Shown here piece after piece: positions 38,804 to 49,357 of a stretch of DNA of 64,000 bases. Positions within the stretch are counted from its first letter, which is position 1; each line of letters starts with the position of its first letter. Origin of the DNA: an uncultured Chloroflexia bacterium (GTDB lineage: Bacteria > Chloroflexota > Limnocylindria > Limnocylindrales > CSP1-4). A program made the translations under genes and the position numbers. Below the pieces are notes generated by a model, which was given only the letters and a program-made list of their open reading frames with translations, had not been told where the DNA came from and did no database searches. The stretch is from contig CAWEYL010000003.1 of NCBI GenBank assembly GCA_963813335.1, positions 416,001-480,000 of the forward strand. Direction: 5' to 3'.

Positions 38804-40430
38804 ATGAGACGACGACTGCTCGCCGGCCTCGCCTTCGCCTGGATCGCCGCGGTCGCGCTGCCGGGGATCGCCAGCGCGCACCCGCTGGGCAACTTCACCA
38901 TCAACCACCACGCCGGGATCAGGGTCGAACCCGACCGCGTCCTGCTCGACGTCGTCATCGACCAGGCGGAGATCCCGGCCTTCCAGGCGCGCCTCCAGTA
39001 CGACACCGACGGCGACGGCGAGCTCAGCGACGACGAGATCGCCGCGGGCCGCCTCGCCGGCTGCGCATCGCTCCAGCCGGCGCTCGCCCTCGAGGTCGCC
39101 GGGGCGCGCGCGTCGCTGACCCTCACCTCGGCGGGGCTGTCGTTCCCGCCCGGCGCGGGCGGCCTGTCGACGCTCCGACTCGTCTGCGAGTTCGAGGCGC
39201 CGCTCGCGGCGCCGATCACGGCCGCGACGGCCATCACGTTCCGCGACACCTCGTTCCCGGAGCGGATCGGCTGGCGCGAGATCGTCAACCAGGGGTCGGG
39301 CACGACCGCTCGCCGTGACCGCGGGCGTGGACCGCTCGACCAGCCCGTCCGCCCGGCTCACGTCGTACCCGAAGGACCTCATCGCGGCGCCGCTCGACGA
39401 CCGCTCGATCGCGATCACGGCGTCGCCGGGCGGCGCCGAGCTGGCGCCGGTCACGTTCGCCGATGCCACGCCGGTCGCGTCGCCGACGACCCCGGTCGTC
39501 CCGGCCGCGGCCGCCGCCGCACCCGCCTCGGCGACGCAGGGGTCCGTCCCCGGCGGCGTGACCGGCGGGGAGCTGCCGTCGATCTTCGGGAGCGCCGACC
39601 TCACCCCGATCGTGCTGCTGGTCTCGCTGCTGACCGCGATCGGCCTCGGGGCCGCCCACGCGCTCACGCCAGGCCACGGCAAGACGCTGATGGCCGCCTA
39701 TCTCGTGGGCTCGCGCGGGACCGCGCTCCACGCCGTCGGGCTCGGGCTGTCGGTGACGCTGTCGCACACCGTCGGGATCCTGGCGCTGGCCGCGATCATC
39801 GTCGGGGCGCAGGGCGTCCTGGCACCCGACGTGGTCGTCCGGACCGCGCCGGTCGTCGCGGCCATCTCGATCGTGCTGATCGGCGGCTGGATGCTCGTCG
39901 GCGAGATCCGGCGGCGACGCGGGGTCGCCGCGGCTGCCAGGGCGACCGCCCAGGACCACGATCACGGGCACGACCATCCGCACGCGCACGACCACGCCCA
40001 TCCCGCCGACCGCCCCGCCCAGGCGCACGTGCCCGAACACGAACCGGGCTACCACGAGCACGGTGGCGTCGGCCACACGCACCTGCCGCCGGCCGGCTCG
40101 ACCATCACGTGGCGAAGCCTGTTCGTCCTCGGCCTCGCGGGCGGGTTGATCCCGTCGACCAGCGCGCTGCTGATCCTGCTCGGCTCGATCGCGGCGGGAC
40201 GGCCGGCCTTCGGGCTGGTCCTCGTGGTGGCCTTCGGGCTCGGGATGGCGCTCGTCATGGGCGGCGTCGGCGTGGCGCTGGTGTTCGCGCGCGGCCGGCT
40301 GGAGCGCTTCGACGGCGCGTCCGTCCTCGGCCGCACCAGCACGCTCGTCCCCCTCGCCGCGTCGGTCGTCGTGCTCAGCCTCGGGCTGTACCTGACGGCC
40401 CAGGCCGTGGGCGGCGCCCCGGTCCTCTGA
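38804..40430 (+). CDS. Nickel/cobalt transporter (RcnA/HoxN-like) with an N-terminal extracytoplasmic domain; frameshift near 39310
   Basis: Signal peptide followed by AHPLGNFTINH; GAAHALTPGHGKTLMAAYLVG, SHTVG, His-rich loop, GGLIPS. Confidence 0.87.
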
Positions 40431-40508
40431 GCGGCCAGCCGAGCCGCGTTGCACTACGGCATCCGACCGATAGGCCGTCGCCGACCCCTCTGCTAGGCTC
40501 CGCGGCGC

Positions 40509-41957
40509 ATGCGAGACCTGACCGACCGCGCCCTCGACACCGCCTCGTCGCTGGGCGCCGGCTACGCCGATATCCGGATCGTCCGCCGGCTCGATGAGAG
40601 CGTCGCCATCCGCACCGGCCGCGTCGAGGGCGTCGCCTCGGGCGAGAGCGAGGGGTTCGGCGTCCGCGTCCTCGTCGACGGCGCCTGGGGGTTCGCCAGC
40701 AGCCACGTCCTGACCGCCACCGAGATGGACCGCGTGGCCGGCGAGGCCGTGCGCATCGCCCGCGCGAGCGCCACCGCGCTGCGCGACCCGGCCATCCTCG
40801 CCGACCGTCCGCCGGCCAGCGGCCGCTACGAGACGCCGGTCGCCGAAGACCCGTTCGCGATCCCGCTCGAGCGCAAGATCGGCGACCTGCTCGCGGCCGA
40901 CCAGGCCGCCAGCCGAGTGAAGGGCATCGCGTTCACCGAATCGATGTACGCCGCCGAGCGCGAATGGAAGACGTTCGCGGCATCCGACGGCAGCTTCACG
41001 GAACAGGTGATCACCCACACCGGGACGTCCGTGGAGGCCAATGCCGTCGACGGCGACGAGCACCAGCGGCGCTCCTACCCGGACGCCGGCGGCGGCTGGA
41101 ACGCCGGCGGCTACGAGTTCGTCCGCTCGCTGGACCTGGCCGCGGCGGCCGAGCCGCTCGCCGACGAGGCCGTGGCGCTGCTCAGCGCCCCGCAGTGCCC
41201 GTCCGGCCGGTTCACCGTGATCCTCGACCCCAGCCAGCTGTACCTGCAGGTCCACGAGAGCTGCGGCCACCCGACCGAGCTCGACCGGGTCTACGGCACC
41301 GAGGCGTCGTACGCGGGGACCAGCTTCCTCACGACCGACAAGCTCGACGAGGGGTTCCGCTACGGCTCCGACCTGATCGACATCGTCGCCGACGCGACCG
41401 CGCCCGGCGGGATGGGCACGTTCGGCTGGGACGACGAGGGCGTCGCCGCCCAGTCCGTGCCGCTCATCCAGGGCGGGATCCTCGTCGGCTACCTGACCAG
41501 CCGCGAGACCGCGACGAAGATCGGGCGGGCCAGCGGCGGGGCGATGCGTGCCGACGGCTGGAACCGCATCCCGCTCATCCGGATGACCAACATCAACCTG
41601 CTGCCGAAGCCCGGGATGAGCCTCGACGACATCGTCGCCGACACCGACGACGGGCTGTACCTCTCGTCCAACCGCTCGTGGTCCATCGACGACCGGCGCC
41701 TGAACTTCCAGTTCGCGACCGAGGTCGCCTACGAGATCAAGGGCGGCAAGAAGGGCCGGCTCTTCAAGAACCCGACCTACACCGGGATCACCTACGAGTT
41801 CTGGCGCTCGTGCGACGCGGTCGGCGACGAGTCGAGCTACGTGATGCTCGGCACGCCCAACTGCGGCAAGGGCGAGCCCGGGCAGGGCGCCCACGTCGGC
41901 CACGCGGTCCCGGGCGCGCGGTTCCGCGACGTCCAGGTCGGGGTGGGCAAGTGGTAG
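40509..41957 (+). CDS. tldD: TldD family metalloprotease
   Basis: GFGVRVLVDGAWGFAS, HESCGHPTELD, DDEGV, PLIRMTN, CGKGEPGQ. Confidence 0.93.
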   Translation: MRDLTDRALDTASSLGAGYADIRIVRRLDESVAIRTGRVEGVASGESEGFGVRVLVDGAWGFASSHVLTATEMDRVAGEAVRIARASATALRDPAILADRPPASGRYETPVAEDPFAIPLERKIGDLLAADQAASRVKGIAFTESMYAAEREWKTFAASDGSFTEQVITHTGTSVEANAVDGDEHQRRSYPDAGGGWNAGGYEFVRSLDLAAAAEPLADEAVALLSAPQCPSGRFTVILDPSQLYLQVHESCGHPTELDRVYGTEASYAGTSFLTTDKLDEGFRYGSDLIDIVADATAPGGMGTFGWDDEGVAAQSVPLIQGGILVGYLTSRETATKIGRASGGAMRADGWNRIPLIRMTNINLLPKPGMSLDDIVADTDDGLYLSSNRSWSIDDRRLNFQFATEVAYEIKGGKKGRLFKNPTYTGITYEFWRSCDAVGDESSYVMLGTPNCGKGEPGQGAHVGHAVPGARFRDVQVGVGKW

Positions 41958-41991
41958 CGGGGCGCCGGCACTCGATCGCCGCGGTCGCTCG

Positions 41992-43344
41992 ATGATCGAC
42001 GACCGCGCGGAGGATGCGCTGCGGCTGGCCCAAGCGGCGCTCGCCCACGCGATGCGCGAGGGGGCGACCGAGGCCGAGGCGCTGGTGATGGCCGACGACG
42101 CCGCGCTCACCCGCTTCGCGAACAGCCAGATCCACCAGAACGTCGCCGAGACCAACGCGGTCGTGAACCTGCGGTTCGTGGTCGGCAAGCGGGTCGGCGT
42201 CGCGTCGTCCGGGCGGACCGACGACGAGGGCCTGCGGCTGCTGGCGTCGCGCGCCGCGGCCATCGCGCGGGTCGTCGAGGAGCTCGAGGACTGGGGCGGG
42301 CTCCCCGGGCCGACCGAGGCCGAGGACATCGAGGCGGGCTACAGCGCGGCGACGGCCGGCGCGAGCCCGGAGTCGCGGGCCGACGGTGTCCGCCAGGTGA
42401 TCGCGGCGGCCGACGCCGCCGGGGTGACCGCCTATGGCTCGTTCTCGACCGGCACGGAGACCGCGGCCATCGCCAACAGCAAGGGCGCCCGCCAGCGCGG
42501 GACGCGGACCGTGTCGCAGCTCCTGACGGTGTCGATGGGGCCGAACGGCGGGACCGGGTACGCGGAGGCGGCCGCCGTCGACAGCACCACCATCGACGCG
42601 GCCGCGATCGGGCGGGAATCGGCGGAGAAGGCGCGCGCGACCGCGAACGCCGTCGCCGTCGATGCCGGCGACTACCCGGTGGTCCTCGAGGAGTACGCCG
42701 TCGTCGACCTGCTTGACATGCTCGGCTACCTCGGGTTCAGCGCCCAGGCCGTCCAGGAGGACCGCAGCTTCGCGGAGCCCGGGAAGCGGATCGGCTCGGA
42801 CCTCGTGACCATCACCGACGACGGCTTCGACCCCGCCGGCCTGCCGATGGCCTTCGACTACGAGGGCGTCGCGAAGCAGCGCGTGCCGCTCGTGGAAGCC
42901 GGCATCTGCCGCCAGGTCGTCTACGACGCGCAGACCGCCGCGCGCGACCGCGTCGAGTCGACCGGCCACGGGCTGCCGGCCCCGAACACGTGGGGCCCGT
43001 TCCCGCTGAACATGGTCATGACCGCCGGGACCGCGAAGCGCGACGACCTCGTCGCCGGCATGGACCGCGGCCTCCTCGTCACGCGGTTCCACTACACCAA
43101 CCCGGTCCACCCCAAGCTCGCGATCGTCACGGGCATGACCCGCGATGGGACGTTCCTCGTCGAGGACGGGAAGATCGTCGCCCCGGTCCGGAACCTGCGG
43201 TATACGCAGAGCTACCTCGACGCGCTGGCGGGGATCTCGGCCGTCACCGCGGAGCGGCGGACGCTGCGCGGCAACCTCGGGGCGGTCGTCGTGCCCGCCG
43301 TGCGCATCGACGGCTGGACGTTCACGGGGACGACCGAGCACTAG
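41992..43344 (+). CDS. pmbA: PmbA/TldE family protein
   Basis: TRFANSQIHQN, FDYEGV, STGHG, TGMTRDGTF; lacks the HExxxH motif; follows tldD. Confidence 0.88.
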   Translation: MIDDRAEDALRLAQAALAHAMREGATEAEALVMADDAALTRFANSQIHQNVAETNAVVNLRFVVGKRVGVASSGRTDDEGLRLLASRAAAIARVVEELEDWGGLPGPTEAEDIEAGYSAATAGASPESRADGVRQVIAAADAAGVTAYGSFSTGTETAAIANSKGARQRGTRTVSQLLTVSMGPNGGTGYAEAAAVDSTTIDAAAIGRESAEKARATANAVAVDAGDYPVVLEEYAVVDLLDMLGYLGFSAQAVQEDRSFAEPGKRIGSDLVTITDDGFDPAGLPMAFDYEGVAKQRVPLVEAGICRQVVYDAQTAARDRVESTGHGLPAPNTWGPFPLNMVMTAGTAKRDDLVAGMDRGLLVTRFHYTNPVHPKLAIVTGMTRDGTFLVEDGKIVAPVRNLRYTQSYLDALAGISAVTAERRTLRGNLGAVVVPAVRIDGWTFTGTTEH

Positions 43345-43395
43345 CCGACCCGGGCCGGGTACGCTGCCTGCCTGACCGACCCGACCGGAGGACCG

Positions 43396-44668
43396 ATGAC
43401 CGCATTCGATGTCGACGCCCTGCGCGCCGAGTTCCCCGCCCTCGCCCGCGAGCAGGGCGGGCGGCCCGTCGCCTACCTCGACGGCCCGGGCGGCACGCAG
43501 GTCCCGCAGCGGGTGATCGACGCCGTCGTCGGCTACTACACGACGATGAACGCCAACCACGAGGGCGCGTTCGCGACCAGCGTCGAGTCGGACGCCATGG
43601 TCGAGGAGGCCCACGCGGCCGTGGCCGACTTCCTCGGGGCCGGGTCGCCCGACGAGATCAAGTTCGGCCAGAACATGTCGACGCTGACGCTCCAGATCGG
43701 GCGCTCGATCGGCGCGACGCTCGGGCCCCGGGACGAGATCGTGGTCACGACCCTCGACCACGAGGCGAACGTCTCGACCTGGAAGGCGATGGCGGCCGAC
43801 CGCGGCGTCACGGTCCACCAGGTCGACATCCGGCCCGACGACGTGACCCTCGACCTCGAGGACCTCGAGTCGAAGCTCGGGCCGCGGACGCGGCTCGTCG
43901 CCGTCGGCTATGCCAGCAACGCGGTGGGCTCGGTCAACCCGGTCAAGGCGATCGTCGAGCGGGCGCACGAGGTGGGGGCGCTGACCTATGTCGACGCCGT
44001 GGCCTTCGCCCCGCACGGGCCGATCGACGTCCGGGCGCTCGACACGGACTTCCTGGTGACCTCGGTCTACAAGTGGTTCGGGCCGCACATGGGCGCGCTG
44101 TACGGCAAGGCCGCGGTGCTCGACGACCTGCCGGCGTTCAAGGTCCGCCCGGCGGTCGATCGCTTCGAGACCGGGACGCTCTCGTTCGAATCGATCGCGG
44201 GCACGCTGGCCGCGACGGACTACCTGCGCGATGTCGGTCGCTCGTACGGCGACGTGACGGCCGCGCCGGGGGCCGCCGGCGCGAGCGAGCGGCGGCGCGA
44301 GCTCGTGGCCGGCATGGTCGCGATCGCCGACTACGAGCGCGAGCTGGTCACCCGGCTCATCGCCGGCCTCGAGGCGATCCCGGGCGTGACCATCCACGGG
44401 ATCACGGACCCGGCGCGCTTCGCCGCGGAGCGCGTCCCGACCGTCTCGGTCTCCATCGATGGCGTGCACCCGCACGACGCCGCGACGACGCTCGGCCGGG
44501 ACGGGGTCTTCGTCTGGGACGGCGACTTCTACGCGACCGGGCTGATCGAGGCGCTCGGCAAGGCCGAGACCGGCGGCGTCCTGCGCATCGGGCTCGTCCA
44601 CTACAACACCGCCGCCGAGGTCGACCGGGTCCTCGCCGGCGTCGAGGCGATCGCCGCCGGCGCGATGA
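43396..44668 (+). CDS. Cysteine desulfurase-like class V aminotransferase (VC1184 subfamily); stop obscured by an indel
   Basis: LRAEFPAL, YLDGPGGTQVP, DHEANV, YASNAVG, YVDAV, SVYKWFGPH, FETGT, LRIGLVHYNT; out-of-frame TGA at 44666-44668. Confidence 0.88.
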
Positions 44669-45118
44669 CCGGAGCGGCCGTCGATCCAGGCGCAGCTGGC
44701 CCGCGGGTTCGACCCGGCCGAGCTGCGCCGGATCAAGCGGCTGTGGGTCCGCCACTCGATCGCCGAGGACCGCCGCGACATCGACGGGCTGATCGCGACG
44801 CTCGCGCCCGACTGCGTCTACGAGATCGTGGTCACCGGGCAGCGCTGGGCGGGCCACGAGGGCGCCCGGGCGTTCTACACCGAGCTCTTCGGGGCCTTCC
44901 CGGACAACGCGTTCGCCCTCAGCGAGATCGTCGTCGGGCCGCAGGGCGTGTTCGAGGTCGCGACGCTGACCGGCACCAACCAGGGGCCGTGGGCCGGGAT
45001 GCCGCCGTCGGGCCTCGCGGTCAGCCTCGAGGTGCTGATCTTCTTCCCGTGGGATCCCGGCACGGAACGGTTCCTCGGGGAGCGGATCTGGTTCGACCGG
45101 GGTCCGGCGCCGGGCTGA
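44665..45118 (+). CDS. SnoaL-like/ester cyclase (NTF2 fold) protein; indel near the start
   Basis: HSIAEDRRDIDGLIATL, GHEGARAFYTELFGAFPD, TGTNQGPWAGMPPSG, GERIWFD. Confidence 0.8.
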
Positions 45119-45211
45119 CCGGACGGTCCGAGTTGCGGAGGACCGCCCGCGCGGGCCATCATCGGGACGAGCCGGCGGACGACCCGCCGCCGCTACCGGG
45201 GTCTCCCACCC

Positions 45212-45955
45212 ATGATCCGAACCTCCCGAACGGCGATGACGGCCGCCTTCCTCCTCTCCGCGGCCGCCCTCGTCGCCGCCTGCGGCGGCAGCACCGCCTC
45301 GACCACGCCCGGCGCACCCACGGCGACGTCGGCCGCGCCGACGACCAGTGCCGGGACGGGCGAGTCGCCCACCTCGACGCCGGCCGGAGGCGAGACGGCC
45401 GAGCCGTCGCTCGGTGCGCTCCCGTCCTTCGACATCGGGCAGCTCGCCTCGGGGCTCGAGAACCACGACTCCTACAAGGCCTCGCTGTCGATCGGCGGCA
45501 CCGAGTCCTACAGCACCACCGTCGTGACCAAGCCGGTCGTCTCCAGGGACATCGTCCTCAAGGACGGGACCCATATCGTCGTGGTCGGCGACGAGGCCTG
45601 GATGGGCCAGGCAGGATCACCCCTGGCGTCCGTGCCGACCGCGCTGGCGACCCAGCTCTATGCGGCCTTCGATCCGACCGTCCTGTTCAAGAGCTTCTCC
45701 GGGCCGGAGTGGGCGGCGAGCTCGGTCGACAAGGGCACCGAGCAGAAGAACGGGCAGAACACGCACCACTACCACATCAATTCCACGACGGCGGCCGGCG
45801 GTTTCTCGGGGATCCCCGCGGGCGCGTCGATCGACGTCTGGGTCGCCGATGAGGGCTACCTCGTGTCGCTCGTCGCGACCGGGTTCGGCCAGGACCTCGA
45901 CATCGAGGTGACGAACATCGACGACCCGGCCAACAAGGTCGAGAAGCCCAGCTGA
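45212..45955 (+). CDS. Lipoprotein, possibly LppX/LprAFG (LolA-like) fold
   Basis: Lipobox LVAAC, Ser/Thr/Pro linker, GTEQKNGQNTHHY, DVWVADEGYLV, TNIDDPANKVEKP. Confidence 0.75.
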   Translation: MIRTSRTAMTAAFLLSAAALVAACGGSTASTTPGAPTATSAAPTTSAGTGESPTSTPAGGETAEPSLGALPSFDIGQLASGLENHDSYKASLSIGGTESYSTTVVTKPVVSRDIVLKDGTHIVVVGDEAWMGQAGSPLASVPTALATQLYAAFDPTVLFKSFSGPEWAASSVDKGTEQKNGQNTHHYHINSTTAAGGFSGIPAGASIDVWVADEGYLVSLVATGFGQDLDIEVTNIDDPANKVEKPS

Positions 45956-45961
45956 CGTCGC

Positions 45962-47392
45962 GTGAGCGGCCCGGCGCTCGACGCGATCGTCGTCGGCGGC
46001 GGGCCGAACGGCCTCGCTGCGGCCATCACGGTGGCCCGGGCCGGGCGATCGGTCCGGGTCTATGAGGCGGCCGCCACGATCGGTGGCGGGGCACGGACCG
46101 AGGAGCTGACACTCCCCGGGTTCCGCCACGACGTCTGCTCCACGATCCTGCCGCTCGCGCTGGCCTCGCCGTTCTTCCGCACGCTGGACCTGGCGGCCCA
46201 CGGGGTCGAGTTCATCCAGCCGGACGCACCATTCGCGCAGCCACTCGACGGTGGACGGGTCGCGGTCGCGGAGCGATCGCTCGCGGCCACGGCGGCCGGC
46301 CTCGGCGGGGCGGACGGGCGGGCGTGGAGCCGGCTGTTCGGCCGGCTCGTCCGGGAGGCTGACGACCTCGGGCCGGAGCTGCTCGGGCCCGTGGTCCACG
46401 TGCCGCGCCATCCGCTGCTCCTCGCCCGGTTCGGGCTGCCCGCGCTGCGGTCCGCGGTCGGCCTGGCCCGGTCGCGGTTCGAAGGCGAGCCGGCGCGGGC
46501 GCTGTTCGCGGGGGTCGCGGCGCACGCGATGCTCCGCCTCGATCGCCCGTTGAGTGCCTCGTTCGGGCTCGTGCTCGGGACGTACGCCCACGCGGTCGGG
46601 TGGCCGATGGTCCGCGGCGGCGCCTCGGCCGTCACCGAGGCGATGACCGCGGAGCTGCGGTCGCTCGGCGGCGAGATCGTCACCGACCATCGGGTCGCGT
46701 CGGTCGCGGAGCTGCCCCCGGCACGGGTCACGTTCCTCGACGTCACGCCCCGGCAGGCGGTCGCGATCGCCGGTGAGCAGCTCCCCGCGCGGGTCCGCGG
46801 CCGCGCCGAGCGGTTCCGCTACGGGGTCGGCGTCTTCAAGGTCGACTGGGCGCTCGACGGGCCGGTGCCGTGGGCGGCCGAGGGGTCACGCCGGGCCGCG
46901 ACCCTGCACCTCGGCGGGACGCTCGAGGAGATCGCGGCATCCGAGGCGGACGTGGCGGCCGGCCGTCATCCCGAGCGGCCGTATGTGCTGTTCGTCCAGT
47001 ACGCGCCGTGGGATCCGAGCCGCGCGCCGGAGGGCCGGGCCGTCGCCTGGGCGTACTGCCACGTGCCTGCGGGGTCCACGGTGGACATGACCGAGCGGAT
47101 CGAGGCCCAGGTCGAGCGCTTCGCACCGGGGTTCCGCGACCGCATCCTGGCCCGCTCGAGCCTCGGGCCGGCGGCGATGGAGGCCCACGACGCGAACGAC
47201 ATCGGCGGCGACATCAACGGCGGCATCCAGGACATCCGCCAGCTGGTCTTCCGGCCGTGGCCCGCGTGGGATCCCTACCACCTCGGTGCCGGGCTCTATC
47301 TCTGCTCGTCCTCGACGCCGCCCGGCGGCGGCGTCCACGGCATGAGCGGCTGGCACGCCGCGCGGTCCGCGCTGCGGCGAGACCTGGCCTGA
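45962..47392 (+). CDS. Phytoene desaturase-like FAD-dependent oxidoreductase (COG1233)
   Basis: DAIVVGGGPNGL, GGGARTEELTLPGFRHDVCS, GGDINGG, YLCSSSTPPGGGVHGMSG. Confidence 0.9.
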   Translation: MSGPALDAIVVGGGPNGLAAAITVARAGRSVRVYEAAATIGGGARTEELTLPGFRHDVCSTILPLALASPFFRTLDLAAHGVEFIQPDAPFAQPLDGGRVAVAERSLAATAAGLGGADGRAWSRLFGRLVREADDLGPELLGPVVHVPRHPLLLARFGLPALRSAVGLARSRFEGEPARALFAGVAAHAMLRLDRPLSASFGLVLGTYAHAVGWPMVRGGASAVTEAMTAELRSLGGEIVTDHRVASVAELPPARVTFLDVTPRQAVAIAGEQLPARVRGRAERFRYGVGVFKVDWALDGPVPWAAEGSRRAATLHLGGTLEEIAASEADVAAGRHPERPYVLFVQYAPWDPSRAPEGRAVAWAYCHVPAGSTVDMTERIEAQVERFAPGFRDRILARSSLGPAAMEAHDANDIGGDINGGIQDIRQLVFRPWPAWDPYHLGAGLYLCSSSTPPGGGVHGMSGWHAARSALRRDLA

Positions 47393-47427
47393 GACGGTTC
47401 GCGCTCCCCAGCTGCGCGCCGACCCCG

Positions 47428-47707
47428 ATATGCACCTTCTCCACCGGCGGACCTTCCCCAAATCGTGATGCACCTCGGCTGCATATGCCGCCAATGGCCG
47501 TGGGATGGGAGTCCCTCCGCATCGATATGCACCCACGGATGCATATTCGGCGGCCACGGCGTGGGGCTGGGTGCGCCCTGCCGCACGAGTCGGCGCGGGC
47601 CGGACACGCCAGACACACCAGAAATGCAGCCAGGGTGCATACGCCTCGATATGCAGCCGAGGTGCATACGCTTGGCGAGATATCACCCTGGCGGAGATCG
47701 TGCATAT
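47428..47707. repeat. Nested inverted-repeat element built from ATGCA-N7/8-TGCAT palindromes (REP/REPIN- or MITE-like)
   Basis: Outer IR 47428-47447 / 47688-47707; perfect 19-bp IR 47468-47486 / 47649-47667; inner IR 47527-47544 / 47624-47640; lies between convergent genes. Confidence 0.75.
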
Positions 47708-47720
47708 TCCGGACGCAGAC

Positions 47721-47764
47721 GATCAGCCTGCGGCGATCAGCCTGCGGCGAATCAGCCCTGCGGC
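47721..47764. repeat. Short tandem repeat GATCAGCCTGCGGC, two exact copies plus one degenerate
   Basis: Seen directly; the third copy includes the stop codon of the 47752..48582 gene. Confidence 0.65.
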
Positions 47765-48582
47765 TCGGCCCTTGTCGGCGCATCGTCGGCGGCACCCGCA
47801 GCCGCTCCCGCACCCGCGCCGGCGCCCGCAGCCGCACCGACCCCCGGGCCGGCCGGCGGCGGCTCCCCGGGCCCCAGCTCACGCCGGAGCCACAGGCCCA
47901 GCAGCAGCGCGCCGGCCGCCGGGATCGCGCTCCACGCGACGAACATCAGCAGCACGACCGTGAGCACCACCCGGATGTCGGACATGGTCGCCTGGATGCT
48001 GCCGCTCTCGAGCCGGACCGCCAGGTCGTCGAGCGAGGTCGCCAGCGCCGCCAGCGAAGCCGAGTTCGCGGCCAGCAAATCCTGGTCCGCCGTCAGGCTC
48101 GTCGCGACGTCCTGCAGTCGCTGGTCGAGTCCGGCCAGGTTGGTCGTGAGGGTCGCCACGACATCGGCTGCCGGCGCCAGGGGATGCTGACCGAGGATCC
48201 CGAAGTCGCGGAACGACGCCTCCAGGGCGTTCAGCGTCGGCCCCATCGCGCCCACGGTCGTCGCGGCCTGAGAAACGGTCGCGGCCGTCGAGTCCAGCGT
48301 GACCCCCACCGAATCCGCGGTCGCCGCCGCGTCGGTCAGCGTGTCGGCGGTCCGGTGGACGGTCGTCGCGAGATCGCGGATCGTGGCGTCGATCTGGTCC
48401 GCCGCGCCACCCAATCGCCCCAGGGACCAGATGAACGCCAGCAGGCCGATCGCGGCGACGACGACACCGATCGTGCCGTAGGCGAGCAGCCCGACACTCA
48501 GCCGGCGCAACCCCTCGCGCAGGCCGACCGGCTTGTCCGCGGGCGGCTCCACCGAGGACGGGGCCATATTCGGTTCGGTCAT
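47752..48582 (-). CDS. Hypothetical 2-TM protein with a long helical extracytoplasmic domain
   Basis: N- and C-terminal TM helices flanking an Ala/Thr/Leu heptad-like region. Confidence 0.75.
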   Translation of the reverse strand: MTEPNMAPSSVEPPADKPVGLREGLRRLSVGLLAYGTIGVVVAAIGLLAFIWSLGRLGGAADQIDATIRDLATTVHRTADTLTDAAATADSVGVTLDSTAATVSQAATTVGAMGPTLNALEASFRDFGILGQHPLAPAADVVATLTTNLAGLDQRLQDVATSLTADQDLLAANSASLAALATSLDDLAVRLESGSIQATMSDIRVVLTVVLLMFVAWSAIPAAGALLLGLWLRRELGPGEPPPAGPGVGAAAGAGAGAGAAAGAADDAPTRAEPQG

Positions 48583-48583
48583 G

Positions 48584-49357
48584 TCAGACCCCCCGGAGGT
48601 CGACCATCTCGCCGACCTCGGTCAGCAGGCAGTGCACGTTCGGCGCCAGTTCCGAAGCGTACTCGGCGAAGGCTGCCGGCGGCTCAACCAGCCGCTCGGG
48701 GTAGACGAGACCACCCATCGAGTGCGGCCAGTACGTGCCCCAGTGGATCGGCACGGCCGCGCGCGGACGGATCAGCCGCAGGGCCTCGGCCGCGCGCTCG
48801 GGATCGAGGTGACGGCCGCGTCCCAGGGTCGGCCCCCAGCCCCAGACCGGGATGAGCGCGACATCGACCCGCGGCCCGGGCAGCATCGACATCTGCTCGA
48901 ACATGTCGGTGTCGCCGGCGAAGTACACGCAGCGCGAACCCTGGATGACGAAGCCCATCGCCGGCGCGGTCGGCCCGCGCGGCGGCCTGAACCCTGAGTG
49001 GTTGGCGGGCACGCCGTCGATGCGCAGGCCGCCGACCTCGGTCGACTCGCCGATCGCCAGCTCGCGCACGCTCGCGAAGCCGGAGGCTCGCAGCCACTCC
49101 CCGGCGCCGGCCGGCACGACGATCGGCGTCCCCGCCGCGACGTGCCTGAGCGACGGCAGGTCGAGGTGGTCCCAATGCAGGTGCGAGATCAGCACCGCGT
49201 CGAGATCGGCGAGGCGCGACCGCGCCGGGACCGGGACCTGGCGCTGGAGCGGCCCGACGCGCGCCCGCGTGACCGGGTCGGTGGCGATCCGTACGCCATC
49301 GATGTCGATGACCACGCACGAGTGGCCGACGAAGTCGAGGGTCAGCCCCCCGGTCAC
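48584..49357 (-). CDS. MBL-fold metallo-hydrolase (UlaG/NAPE-PLD-like)
   Basis: [38 protein letters not shown]. Confidence 0.9.
   Translation of the reverse strand: MTGGLTLDFVGHSCVVIDIDGVRIATDPVTRARVGPLQRQVPVPARSRLADLDAVLISHLHWDHLDLPSLRHVAAGTPIVVPAGAGEWLRASGFASVRELAIGESTEVGGLRIDGVPANHSGFRPPRGPTAPAMGFVIQGSRCVYFAGDTDMFEQMSMLPGPRVDVALIPVWGWGPTLGRGRHLDPERAAEALRLIRPRAAVPIHWGTYWPHSMGGLVYPERLVEPPAAFAEYASELAPNVHCLLTEVGEMVDLRGV

Noticed and set aside
43396-45852. 818-aa extended desulfurase ORF
   Set aside because: After about residue 423 it is off-frame Arg/Pro-rich sequence overlapping the real SnoaL and lipoprotein genes.
47428-47764. Possible CRISPR array
   Set aside because: Units are in mixed orientation with irregular spacing, and there are no cas genes in the window.
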